From Thermoplasmatota archaeon (GTDB lineage: Archaea > Thermoplasmatota > Penumbrarchaeia > Penumbrarchaeales > Penumbrarchaeaceae): a stretch of DNA of 64,000 nt. Every line of letters starts with the position of its first letter. Positions within the stretch are counted from its first letter, which is position 1. A program made the position numbers and the translations under genes. Where the stretch lies: NCBI GenBank assembly GCA_029762535.1, contig JARVGK010000006.1:1-64000 (forward strand), given 5' to 3'. This document shows positions 37,728 through 47,542 of the stretch, one piece after another. The notes beneath the pieces were generated by a model. The model did no database searches, had not been told where the DNA came from, and worked only from the letters and a program-made list of their open reading frames with translations.

Positions 37728-38519
37728 CTAACAGTAAGACATGGAAATTATCATCAGGACCATGCCCAAGATCGATGGCATCGTTCCAGTGACCGCCAAC
37801 GAAAGTCGCTTGAAGAACACGTGGTTGTTCATCACGCTGCCCTTTATGAGTAGGGGAAGGAATGAACCAGGAAGCGAGAGCGATGAGAGGGCGACGAACG
37901 CCCATGAGGCGATCCTCACCATACCTATGTTCCCCTCGTCTATGGAAATTGATCGATCTCCTCCTTCGGCGCTTTTGCCTTGTATGATACCGCTCGAGAC
38001 CAGAAGGAATATCGCCATCAACATGGCATAGGTCGATATGGTCTGAGGAATGGATACCATTATCGTGCTCCTTGAGAATTCACTCCTTTCATGGACCATC
38101 TCAATATATGGCCCAACTTGTTTTTCCGGTTGCGCATGTTCAGGGCGGGGTCCGCTGATATGTTCATTCATGAACGATGAGGCGGATATGGCCATCGAGA
38201 CCATGGAAACGCTGACCGGAACGCATATGACATACCCTACAAGGCTCATGACGGTCTCCTGATAGGGATGGATTACCTCACCATCGATCGCAAGCATGAG
38301 AAGTGGAACGACCCCCAGAAAGAAGGGGACCAATGCAAGGGAATTTAGAACGATGACATGGGACCTCTTCATTCCCATCTTTTGAGATACGTCTATCCTC
38401 CTCTCCCTGAAATGATCGAGGGCCTTGTGGTAGGAGATCCATATTATGCAGCTCGCCAGTAATCCGACGATGATAGGAACCCCTATCGACAGGACCCATA
38501 TCATGATCGGTATATCCAT
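37728..38519 (-). CDS. Integral membrane protein, possibly a divergent A/V-ATPase subunit K-like proteolipid
   Basis: About 6 TM helices. FSRSTIMVSIPQTISTYAMLMAIFLL and FFKRLSLAVTGTMPSILGMVLMI resemble c/K-subunit hairpins. Confidence 0.5.
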   Translation of the reverse strand: MDIPIMIWVLSIGVPIIVGLLASCIIWISYHKALDHFRERRIDVSQKMGMKRSHVIVLNSLALVPFFLGVVPLLMLAIDGEVIHPYQETVMSLVGYVICVPVSVSMVSMAISASSFMNEHISGPRPEHAQPEKQVGPYIEMVHERSEFSRSTIMVSIPQTISTYAMLMAIFLLVSSGIIQGKSAEGGDRSISIDEGNIGMVRIASWAFVALSSLSLPGSFLPLLIKGSVMNNHVFFKRLSLAVTGTMPSILGMVLMIISMSYC

Positions 38520-38648
38520 TCGTCGACTTCCTCAGGGATCATTTTCCAAGAATTTCGATACGGTCATCCATATCTTCGCGTATTGTTCGTCCGAAAAAAC
38601 GGTCCGGACCATTTTCGGGGGTCCGATCCGAATATGTTCACGATCCCA

Positions 38649-39101
38649 TTATCTCCTTTTCCTCAGATAGAGCGCGAGCGTCACGAAAGATAGCAGGACC
38701 AGGGCGAGCAATATATAGGACCCGCAACCCGTGCCATTCTCTCCATCTTCCCCGTCCCCCTCACCTCCGAGAGAATAAGATAGCCTCACCTCGCCCATGG
38801 GATCCGTCGTCGATTTGCTTACTCTGACATTCCCGTCAACGAGAATGGATACCTTCATCTCCTGGTTGTCCTCGCCCATCTTGTTCATTATGACATAGAT
38901 CACATCCCCACTGGTCTGGAAATCCATCGTTCCTTCCCCTTCGATCTCCTGCAGACCATCGCCTTTTATCGACCCGTAGTAATAACCGGCGTATTCCACT
39001 CGCACGGTCGCGGTCTTGCCGGATGCGATGGATCCCGAAGGGATCAGGGCAAGAGATATCAATATCAACGCCAGAGCGGCGATCGCTATAGTTCGTCTCA
39101 T
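38649..39101 (-). CDS. Exported protein with a C-terminal membrane anchor
   Basis: SD GAGGTGA, signal peptide, Gly/acidic linker, TM followed by RKRR. Confidence 0.7.
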   Translation of the reverse strand: MRRTIAIAALALILISLALIPSGSIASGKTATVRVEYAGYYYGSIKGDGLQEIEGEGTMDFQTSGDVIYVIMNKMGEDNQEMKVSILVDGNVRVSKSTTDPMGEVRLSYSLGGEGDGEDGENGTGCGSYILLALVLLSFVTLALYLRKRR

Positions 39102-39370
39102 CTTGATCACCTCAAATTTCTCCCATGACGATATTTATATCGACTTTGATATAAGTATATATCGATAACTCGACAATAAGGATCCCAACATATATTGGAA
39201 GACAGAGCGGATCGTGGAAAGAATGTGGGACCCCTCCGAATAGAACGATACCGTTATTCAGGTCGCACCTGACGGGTCTTCTTGTCTTTAAAGGCCTCGA
39301 GGCAAAATGTATCACTTCCGCATAACCCCCCCGATCCTCACCTTAATAACCAAAAGATCGGATCCTTCCC

Positions 39371-41599
39371 GTGGAAGGCTGGGTCCTGGACGTCGCAGCG
39401 GATCCCATGAGGGACCTCATGGAGGTCCACCTCCTCACGAAGGATGGACACGTCATGCTCAGCGACAGGTATCGCCCATGCATAACGGTATCAGGGGGCG
39501 GGAGAAGGCTCGATGCCCTCTCCGAGGTCCTCTCGGGCATTGAAGGGGTAAGCGTCCATCCGAAAAGGAGATCTTTGGACCTCGATCACGAGGGCGCCAC
39601 CCCCTGCCTCGAGGTCGGGATCTCCTCCTATTCCAAGGTGGCCGAGATCTCTAAAGAGATCGAAAGGATCGGAAGATACAGACATTTCTCACTCTACGAC
39701 GTGGATATGAGGCTTTCGAGCCGATACATGCTCGAGAAGGACATATACCCCCTCGCCCATGTGCGGGTCTCGAACGGTTTCGAGGTCATTGACGATCCAG
39801 ACTGGGGATCCTCTCCCCTACCTCCTTTGACGTTTTCCAGGCTTCATGTCTTTCCCAAGAGGGGATCGTCCACCCCGCTCCTTTCAGACCCGATAGAGGG
39901 AATCAGAATGGACGACGTTCATTTCAGGGACATGGACGAGGCCGAACTGATAGAGGCAATGGTCGATGGGATCAAAGAGAAGGACCCGAACGTGATCCTC
40001 ACCTCCGGAGGGGACTCCTTCGTCCTCCCATATCTCTACCATAGGGCTGTGATGAACGGGATCGAAGGTTCACTGATCCTCGACAGGGGGCTCGATCCCT
40101 ACCGGGCACCGGTCAGGAACGGGCGGTCTTACCTCAGTTACGGCACCGTGATGTTCAAACCCCATCCGCACATGATGAGAGGGAGACTGCACCTGGACCT
40201 TGAGAACTCATTCATACTCAGGGAAGGGGGCTTCATAGGGCTCGCGCAGCTTTCCAGGATGTCCCTTCTTCCTATCCAGGAGATGGCCAGGATGTCCCCT
40301 GGTTCGGCAATATCCTATATGGAATGCATGGAAGCCCTAAGAAGGGGATACAGCATACGATGGAAGAAGAACCGCCCCGAGGAATGGAAGACGGCAGTGG
40401 ACCTGTCCCTTTCGGATAGAGGAGGGCATATATTCGACCCGGTCGTGGGGTCCTTCTCTAACGTGGTCGAGATGGATTTCTCGAGCTTCTATCCCCACAT
40501 TATGTGGAGAAGGAACATATCCGTAGAGACCATCAACTGCGCCTGCTGCAGGGATAATCGTGTGCCAGGCCTGAAATACAACATATGTGCGAAAAGGGAC
40601 GGATTGATATCGTATGTGGTCGGAGACATACTCAAAAAAAGAATGGAGGCTAAGCGCCTCTCTAGGGTCTCCAGATCGGCGGTGGAGGGCGATCCCGGCC
40701 CTGTGTCGTCGAAGGAGAGGTACGCCTGCATCTCGGGCATATTGAAATGGGTGCTCGTCACATGTTTCGGATATACCGGTTACAAGAACGCCAGGTTCGG
40801 ACGTATCGAGGCGCACGAAGCCATAACGGCATACGCGAGGGAGTATCTATTGTGCGCCAAGGAGATCGTTGAAGGATACGGCTTCGATCTCCTCCATGGG
40901 ATCGTGGACTCACTGTGGATGAGAGGGTCAGTTGAGATGGCCCAAGCGGCCGCTGACGAGATAGAGAAAGAGACCGGGATCCCCATAGAGATCGAAACGA
41001 TATACCGCTGGATAGTGTTCCTGCCCAACAAGAGCAACGGCGCCGGGGCCCTCACGAAGTACTACGGGCTCAAGGAGAACGGTGAGGTCAAGATGAGGGG
41101 AATAGAATCCAGGCAGCATTCGACCCCTCCCTTCATAAAGGGGCTACAGGACGAGTGCATCGGCGCACTGACCATGGCCATGGCCGCCGAGGAGCTGCCG
41201 TCGATGAGGGGCGATGTGATATCTATACTCAACAGGTGGGGATCGGACCTTATGAACAACGAGGTCGATCCGAAGGACCTGGTCATCACCACCAGGGTCT
41301 CAAAGGAGCTCGGATCCTACTCCACAAGGTCGGAGCATGTCTCCGCGCTGCACCTGATGAGGGATGCGGGAGCGGAGGTTCCCCCCGGGCAGAAAGTGCG
41401 ATACGTCGTACTGGACCACGATGCGAGGACACACGAAAAGAGGGTGGCGCTCATGGGATCGGAAACGCCATCCCACTACGATGTGGACAGGTACCTGCGG
41501 CTGAGCGCGAGGGCGGTATCCAACATCATGCACCCCATCGGCCTGGACGAGAGGGGTGCCCTCGAAGCTCTCAAAGGGATCGTTCAGAGCCGTCTATAA
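39371..41599 (+). CDS. polB2: Family B DNA polymerase, PolB2 group
   Basis: DRGG.IF.P, motif A DFSSFYP.IM, motif B KWVLVTCFGY.GY and motif C HGIVDS (instead of YGDTDS); degenerate exonuclease region. Confidence 0.85.
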   Translation: MEGWVLDVAADPMRDLMEVHLLTKDGHVMLSDRYRPCITVSGGGRRLDALSEVLSGIEGVSVHPKRRSLDLDHEGATPCLEVGISSYSKVAEISKEIERIGRYRHFSLYDVDMRLSSRYMLEKDIYPLAHVRVSNGFEVIDDPDWGSSPLPPLTFSRLHVFPKRGSSTPLLSDPIEGIRMDDVHFRDMDEAELIEAMVDGIKEKDPNVILTSGGDSFVLPYLYHRAVMNGIEGSLILDRGLDPYRAPVRNGRSYLSYGTVMFKPHPHMMRGRLHLDLENSFILREGGFIGLAQLSRMSLLPIQEMARMSPGSAISYMECMEALRRGYSIRWKKNRPEEWKTAVDLSLSDRGGHIFDPVVGSFSNVVEMDFSSFYPHIMWRRNISVETINCACCRDNRVPGLKYNICAKRDGLISYVVGDILKKRMEAKRLSRVSRSAVEGDPGPVSSKERYACISGILKWVLVTCFGYTGYKNARFGRIEAHEAITAYAREYLLCAKEIVEGYGFDLLHGIVDSLWMRGSVEMAQAAADEIEKETGIPIEIETIYRWIVFLPNKSNGAGALTKYYGLKENGEVKMRGIESRQHSTPPFIKGLQDECIGALTMAMAAEELPSMRGDVISILNRWGSDLMNNEVDPKDLVITTRVSKELGSYSTRSEHVSALHLMRDAGAEVPPGQKVRYVVLDHDARTHEKRVALMGSETPSHYDVDRYLRLSARAVSNIMHPIGLDERGALEALKGIVQSRL

Positions 41600-41644
41600 C
41601 AGTGAGGGAGCATCTTTAAAAGGATGCCGGGAGTTTGCTCGTAC

Positions 41645-42097
41645 ATGAAGTCCCTTGTAGTATACACATCCGTCTCGGGTGGCACCAGGACCATAGCGAA
41701 CGAGATAGCCTCGGAGATAGGAGCCTCACTGGTCGAGGTCAAGGGGGACCATCTCCATACTGGAGTGGAAGATGTGAGGATAAGGACCGAACCGGGATCC
41801 GTTGATATGGAACAATTCGATCTCTTATTCCTCGGTACGCCCATCTGGATGTGGAACCCTTCGCCCGTTCTGATGACCTATTTGAAAAAACTGAACGTCA
41901 AGGGAAAAAGACTCGCCCTTTTCTCCACCTCGGAAGGTGATGTCAGAGGTGCCATGGAAAAGTTGAAGAGCGAGCTAGAGGACAATGAAGTGATATCGAT
42001 CGAGGATTTCCTGAACCCCAAGTTAAAAGAAGAGGAAATGAACAGATCGAGGACCTGGGCGAAAAAGGTCGTGGACATAGCCTTAAAGCAAAGATGA
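41645..42097 (+). CDS. Flavodoxin family protein
   Basis: VVYTSVSGGT, LGTPIW and ALFST. Confidence 0.85.
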   Translation: MKSLVVYTSVSGGTRTIANEIASEIGASLVEVKGDHLHTGVEDVRIRTEPGSVDMEQFDLLFLGTPIWMWNPSPVLMTYLKKLNVKGKRLALFSTSEGDVRGAMEKLKSELEDNEVISIEDFLNPKLKEEEMNRSRTWAKKVVDIALKQR

Positions 42098-42133
42098 TAT
42101 TGCAGAAATAACATATCCCTTCAGGGAAGAAAA

Positions 42134-42646
42134 ATGAAGGTCCTTGTCGTTTACTATTCTTCAGAGGGGAACACCAGGCTTATAGCTAGACATATGGCCA
42201 AGACCGTGAACGCGGATCTTCTGGAGATCAAGCCTCTGAAGGAGGCGAAGAGGAGGGGACTGGCGAAGTTCATAGTCGGAGGGGGCCAAGCGATGATGAA
42301 CAAGCGTCCCGAGATACAACCTCCCGAGAAGGACTTCGAGGATTACGACATGATATTCATCGGAACCCCGGTTTGGGCCTGGACGGCGGCCCCTCCTGTG
42401 ATCAGCTACCTGGAGAAGGCGAACATCGAAGGCAAGAGGATCGCATTGTTCTCCTCGAACGAAGGGCAGAACGGCACCACGTTCGAGAAGATGAGAAGGT
42501 ATATCCCAGAAAACGAGATCGTGGGGGAGGAGGAATTCTACGCCCCGCTTAAGAAGGACAAGGAGGGCACCCTGGTCAAGGCTGTTTCCTTCGCTTACAG
42601 GATGATCAATCAGCCACCAGCTGCTCCGAGAAGGGATGAGGAATGA
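42134..42646 (+). CDS. Flavodoxin family protein
   Basis: VVYYSSEGNT and IGTPVWA. Confidence 0.9.
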   Translation: MKVLVVYYSSEGNTRLIARHMAKTVNADLLEIKPLKEAKRRGLAKFIVGGGQAMMNKRPEIQPPEKDFEDYDMIFIGTPVWAWTAAPPVISYLEKANIEGKRIALFSSNEGQNGTTFEKMRRYIPENEIVGEEEFYAPLKKDKEGTLVKAVSFAYRMINQPPAAPRRDEE

Positions 42647-43191
42647 GCGTAAGGGACGTCATAAATGAGCGCAGGGCATACAGGGCGCTCGACCCTGTGG
42701 ATATCACACGGGATACGATCGAGGAGCTCATGGAGGCTGTCTCTCTCACCCCCTCGTGCTTCAACAACCAGCCCTGGAGATTCATATTCAGCAGAGATTC
42801 GATAGAGGAAGTGAAGGAGGCCTTGAGCTCCGGCAACGCGTGGGCCAAGAGCTCTTCTCTTATTGTAGCGGTCACCTCTAGGAAGGAGGACGACTGCATC
42901 ATCAAGGACAGGGAATATCATCATTTCGACGTCGGGATGGCCGCTTACGCACTCATACTCCGCGCAACGGAACTGGGCCTTGTGGCCCATCCCATCGCCG
43001 GATACGATCCGGAGATCGTAAGGGAGAAGCTCGGGATCCCGGATGAGTTCAGCATAATAACGCTGATCATAATCGGAAAACATTCGAATGACACGTCTCT
43101 CCTCAGCGAGAAGCAGGCTGAAACGGAGAAACGGAGGCCCGAGAGAAAACCCTTCTCCGATCTGTTCTTCATCGACGGGTGGGGAATTTGA
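42643..43191 (+). CDS. Nitroreductase family protein
   Basis: RRA.R, PSCFNNQPWRF and D.G.A...L.L.ATELGL..HPIAG. Confidence 0.9.
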   Translation: MSVRDVINERRAYRALDPVDITRDTIEELMEAVSLTPSCFNNQPWRFIFSRDSIEEVKEALSSGNAWAKSSSLIVAVTSRKEDDCIIKDREYHHFDVGMAAYALILRATELGLVAHPIAGYDPEIVREKLGIPDEFSIITLIIIGKHSNDTSLLSEKQAETEKRRPERKPFSDLFFIDGWGI

Positions 43192-44042
43192 ACATACCCT
43201 TTCCCTACCAGAGGGTCGTGGATCTGATAAAGGAGCGGTACGCTGACCTTGGGATCCTGGCTCTCATGAACATCCTGGTCATGATCGTCTTCCAGGGGGT
43301 CATGTTCTTAATCAACATCGTACTTCAGTTTCTGGGCAATTTCCTCTACATAATGATGATGATCGGCGTGTTCCTCATCATGGTCTCTCCGATATTCGGA
43401 GGGATATTGATCATAGTGTCCATTCTTCTTATGATCATGCTCTTCATCGTGATATTTGCAGTATTCTTCCTACTTATAAGCATGGTCCTTGGATGGAACA
43501 TAGTTATATCAAGGGTGGTGATCGATATAAGGGATGGGAATAAATGCGATCTCGGACCCATCTTCGACCATGTGAAGGTAAACTGGAGGCATTACCTCAA
43601 GAGAGGGATGGGGGTCGCATCCTTTCAACTGCTGATATTGACCCCGATAATGACAACTCTGATCATGGCCCCTTTTATCGTATCGATTGTCATCGGTGCG
43701 ACCTTGACCTACCTAAATCCGGATATCGGACCGATGTTCATTGTGGTTTTCTTTTTTATCGGTTATCTTCTATTGATCATCATTGCTGTCTTTTTTTCCC
43801 CGATCATGCAGTTCGTTCTCGATAACGGGAGCGTGCGGATAGCCAACGGTCAGGGGTCCTGGGAGGGAATGATCGATTCCATTATCGACATGTTCAGAAG
43901 GAGAAGGCTCTTCGGGTACTACTATATCGGATCGCTCCTGATACAGATGCTCGTTTTCTTCGTTTTCCCACTGGCAATTATCATATCATTCGTGCTCCCG
44001 ATAGTGACCAGGGCGTATATAGTGGTCAACGACGACCTTTAG
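43188..44042 (+). CDS. Hypothetical integral membrane protein
   Basis: Multiple long hydrophobic segments; the TTG start overlaps the upstream stop. Confidence 0.7.
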   Translation: MNIPFPYQRVVDLIKERYADLGILALMNILVMIVFQGVMFLINIVLQFLGNFLYIMMMIGVFLIMVSPIFGGILIIVSILLMIMLFIVIFAVFFLLISMVLGWNIVISRVVIDIRDGNKCDLGPIFDHVKVNWRHYLKRGMGVASFQLLILTPIMTTLIMAPFIVSIVIGATLTYLNPDIGPMFIVVFFFIGYLLLIIIAVFFSPIMQFVLDNGSVRIANGQGSWEGMIDSIIDMFRRRRLFGYYYIGSLLIQMLVFFVFPLAIIISFVLPIVTRAYIVVNDDL

Positions 44043-45195
44043 GAAGGGACAGGTCCTCGGCCACCCCGGATCTGACCATGTATCGGTTAATGAATATCCT
44101 GTTCTTGAGATAGACCAGATATCCCCCTCCCCCATGAGGCTTGAACATGACCTCCCTGCCGAGTATATGTTCGTTCAGATATGATATGGCCCTTTCTTCA
44201 TGAAGGATACGGATCCCTCCAAGCTCCAGATCGTTCCCGTCCGAAAGCACAAGGGTTAATGGGTCCAGTATCTGCTCCACCTTGTTCAATTTATTTTTTT
44301 TGTATCGGTCCTTTTTAGAGGGTTCCATGTTGTTTATCGAGGGGAGGTATCCTTCATCGTAACATGGAATTGTGGAGGGAGGTCTCTCGAATATCGATAC
44401 TTCCCCGCTGAGGAACCTGTCCTGACCCACTTTTTCCTTGATGATGGGGATATAGGTCATGTTCAATTCGTATCCCGTGCAGGACCTGTCAAGGTCCAGA
44501 GAGGCCTTCATCGTGGTCCCGCTGCCGAGGAATGGATCCAAAACCTCTTCCCCGACGAACGAGAACATGCGTATCAGCCTCCTCGGTAGTTCCTCGGGGA
44601 ACACCGCCTCATGGTCCGCCTGTCTTGCGCCTTTGAACGTCCAATGCCCCGAGAAGTATTCCTTCCACTCCTCCTTGGATAGCTTGGACCCTTCCTTATC
44701 GAACTTCTTCGGTCCTTCCTTGCCGGGTTTCTTGAATATCATTATATGTTCATGGTCCAGTTCGACGATGCCGTTCGGTGGATATGGGTACGAACCCATG
44801 ACCGGCGCGCCTCCAGTGGTGTTCAACGTGGTCCTCTTCTGCCATATTATGGATCCGATGAAATCGAATCCGAGCCTCTCGCATTGTATTATCATCTCGG
44901 CATGGAGGGGCACCACCTTGTATCGCCCGTAATCCCTCGTGCGGGTGAACTGATCCCCTATGTTTATTACGAGCCTCCGACCCGGCACCAAGACTCTGAA
45001 GCATTCCTCCCAGACGAGGTAGAGGTCCTTCAGGTACGTGTGAAGGTCCGATCCCCTGCCTATCTGGCCGTTTATCATGTAATCCTTGATGTCCCAGTAA
45101 GGGGGAGAGGTGATGATGAGATGTTTGGATCCCTCATCTATCTCGTTCATCTTCCTTGAATCGCCTATTATGAGCCTTCCCTTCATCCCGTCCAT
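44026..45195 (-). CDS. Orphan amino-DNA methyltransferase (beta class, N4mC/N6mA) with a C-terminal SNase-like extension
   Basis: Motif IV TSPPY precedes motif I DPFLGSGTT. The C-terminal V..I.D..T..L.....L.GI...IN..MVRSG.A pattern resembles a thermonuclease fold. Confidence 0.85.
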   Translation of the reverse strand: MDGMKGRLIIGDSRKMNEIDEGSKHLIITSPPYWDIKDYMINGQIGRGSDLHTYLKDLYLVWEECFRVLVPGRRLVINIGDQFTRTRDYGRYKVVPLHAEMIIQCERLGFDFIGSIIWQKRTTLNTTGGAPVMGSYPYPPNGIVELDHEHIMIFKKPGKEGPKKFDKEGSKLSKEEWKEYFSGHWTFKGARQADHEAVFPEELPRRLIRMFSFVGEEVLDPFLGSGTTMKASLDLDRSCTGYELNMTYIPIIKEKVGQDRFLSGEVSIFERPPSTIPCYDEGYLPSINNMEPSKKDRYKKNKLNKVEQILDPLTLVLSDGNDLELGGIRILHEERAISYLNEHILGREVMFKPHGGGGYLVYLKNRIFINRYMVRSGVAEDLSLPKGRR

Positions 45196-45301
45196 ATATT
45201 AGTATGACACTGATGGACTATAATCGTTTTCTAAATATGACCAATGCACGCTATCGATATGAATGCAAGGTAGCGATCACCCTTTTGATAATGCATCGGT
45301 T

Positions 45302-47542
45302 CTATATCGAGTCAATAATGGCATTGTAGGTCTGGCTAGGCCTCATGGCCCTGGATGCCATATCGTCATCCGGCTTGTAGTAGCCGCCTATGTCCACGGG
45401 ATGTCCTTGGGCCGCGTTAAGCTCCTGCAATATCTTATCCTCGTTCCCCTCGAGCTGTTCTGCCACGGGTGTGAATATACTCTTCAGCTCGGGATCGTCA
45501 TTCTGATCCGCAAGCTCCCTTGCCCAGAACATGGTCAGGTAGAAATGGCTGCCCCTGTTGTCTATCTCGTTGACGTCTCTACCGGGCGACCTATTGCTCT
45601 CGAGGAACCGACCGTTGGCCCTATCCAGGGTTTGGGACAGAACTCTAGCCTTTTCGTTCCCGGTCCTGTTGGCCAGGTGCTCGAGCGATGCCGATATGGC
45701 AAGGAACTCACCCAAAGAGTCCCATCTGAGATGACCCTCATTGAGGAACTGCTCGACGTGTTTGGGAGCGGAACCTCCCGCACCCGTCTCGAATAGACCT
45801 CCGCCGTTCATCAACGGCACGATCGAGAGCATCTTTGCGCTTGTGCCCACCTCTAGTATCGGGAAAAGGTCCGTGAGATAGTCCCTAAGGACGTTCCCAG
45901 TCACGGAAATAGTGTCCTTTCCCTCCTTTATGTACTGGCATGAGAACCTGGTGGCCTCGTCCGGAGACATTATCCTTATATCGAGCCCTGTCAGATCGTA
46001 TTCTTTCAGATATTCGTTCACTTTTTTGATCAATTCCGCATCGTGGGGCCTTTTCTCGTCAAGCCAGAACACGACAGGGAGCTTCGTATCGATGGCCCTG
46101 CCCACAGCTAATTTCACCCAGTCCTTGATCGCCGGGTCCTTGACCTCGCACATCCGGAAGATATCGCCCTTCTCCACATCCTGCTCCATCAGGACCTCGC
46201 CAGAGGAGGCGACTAGCCTCATCTTTCCGTCGCCTGGTGCCGAGAAGGTCTTATCATGGGACCCGTACTCCTCGGCCTTCTGGGCCATGAGGCCGACGTT
46301 CTGGACAGACCCCATGGACCTGGGGTCGAAAGCACCGTTCTGCCTGCAGAAATCGACGACGGCCCTGTACACCCCGGAATAGCTGCTGTCAGGGATCACG
46401 AACTTTGCCTCTTTAAGTGTCCCATCCTTTCCGTACATCCTACCACCTGCCCTGATGGCTGCGGGCATGGAGGCATCGATTATGACATCGCTCGGGACGT
46501 GGAGATTGGTTAGGCCCTTATCCGAGTTCACCATGGCCAGCTCTGGACCTTTGGCATACACCGCCTCGATGTCCTTCACTATCTCCAACCTCTTCTCCTC
46601 AGGTAGCGATGCGATCTTTGTGTATAGGTCTCCTAGTCCGTTGTTGGGGTTGATCCCAAGCTCCTTGAATATCACTTCATGCTTCTCGAATACGTCTGCG
46701 AAGAAAACGGAGACAACGTGTCCGAATATAATAGGGTCGGACACCTTCATCATCGTCGCCTTCAGATGGATAGAGAACAGTACCCCCATCTCTTTAGAGT
46801 GCTCTATCTGCCCCCTTATGAAATCCCTGAGGGATCTCACGCTCATGTGAGATGTATCGACGATCTCCAGGGCAGGCAGCTTCATATTATCCTTGAGGAC
46901 CTTGACATCGCCGTTATCTCCAGTATATTCTATCCTTGCCTCCATGTCCGAGTCTATCGTCAAAGACCTCTCGTTCGACCTGAGATCCCCGGATGCCATG
47001 CTGGATACATGCGCCCTGTTATCGGGTTTCCATTCAGCCATGGAATGCGGGTGCTTCCTCGCATAGTTCTTTACGGATGCCGGGGCTCTCCTATCTGAAT
47101 TCCCTTCTCTCAGGACGGGATTGACCGCGCTGCCTTTTATCTTATCATAGACGGTCTTTATCGTCCTTTCCTCATCGTTCTTGGGTTCATCTGGATAATC
47201 CGGCAGGGCGTACCCTTTGCCCTGCAGCTCCTTTATCGTCGCTTTTAGCTGTGGTATCGACGCGCTTATACACGGGAGCTTGATAACGTTCGCTTCGGGC
47301 ATTTTGACAAGCTTCCCCAGCTCTTCCAGGTCATCGTTGATCCTCTTGTCCTCGCTCAGATGGTCGGGGAACTTGGCTATCGTCCTGCCGGAGAGCGATA
47401 TGTCCCTGGTCTCCACCTTCACTCCCGCGGCTCCCGTGAACGCTTTGATCACGGGAAGCAGCGAATAGGTCGCAAGCGCCGGGGCCTCATCGACCCTGGT
47501 GTATATTATCCTGTTTCCATCAATTCTCTCTTCGTTCGACAT
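45302..47542 (-). CDS. icd: Monomeric NADP-dependent isocitrate dehydrogenase
   Basis: [39 protein letters not shown] and [13 protein letters not shown]; about 746 aa; SD AGGAG. Confidence 0.95.
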   Translation of the reverse strand: MSNEERIDGNRIIYTRVDEAPALATYSLLPVIKAFTGAAGVKVETRDISLSGRTIAKFPDHLSEDKRINDDLEELGKLVKMPEANVIKLPCISASIPQLKATIKELQGKGYALPDYPDEPKNDEERTIKTVYDKIKGSAVNPVLREGNSDRRAPASVKNYARKHPHSMAEWKPDNRAHVSSMASGDLRSNERSLTIDSDMEARIEYTGDNGDVKVLKDNMKLPALEIVDTSHMSVRSLRDFIRGQIEHSKEMGVLFSIHLKATMMKVSDPIIFGHVVSVFFADVFEKHEVIFKELGINPNNGLGDLYTKIASLPEEKRLEIVKDIEAVYAKGPELAMVNSDKGLTNLHVPSDVIIDASMPAAIRAGGRMYGKDGTLKEAKFVIPDSSYSGVYRAVVDFCRQNGAFDPRSMGSVQNVGLMAQKAEEYGSHDKTFSAPGDGKMRLVASSGEVLMEQDVEKGDIFRMCEVKDPAIKDWVKLAVGRAIDTKLPVVFWLDEKRPHDAELIKKVNEYLKEYDLTGLDIRIMSPDEATRFSCQYIKEGKDTISVTGNVLRDYLTDLFPILEVGTSAKMLSIVPLMNGGGLFETGAGGSAPKHVEQFLNEGHLRWDSLGEFLAISASLEHLANRTGNEKARVLSQTLDRANGRFLESNRSPGRDVNEIDNRGSHFYLTMFWARELADQNDDPELKSIFTPVAEQLEGNEDKILQELNAAQGHPVDIGGYYKPDDDMASRAMRPSQTYNAIIDSI

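Noticed and set aside
39112-39370. Small ORFs (39112-39315 minus, 39307-39543 plus) as PolB2 partner genes
   Set aside because: No recognisable motif or SD; the region looks like a divergent promoter.
45254-45310. Imperfect inverted repeat at the icd 3' end as a special element
   Set aside because: The arms are short and interrupted and built from the genome's common ATCGAT words; at most a terminator.
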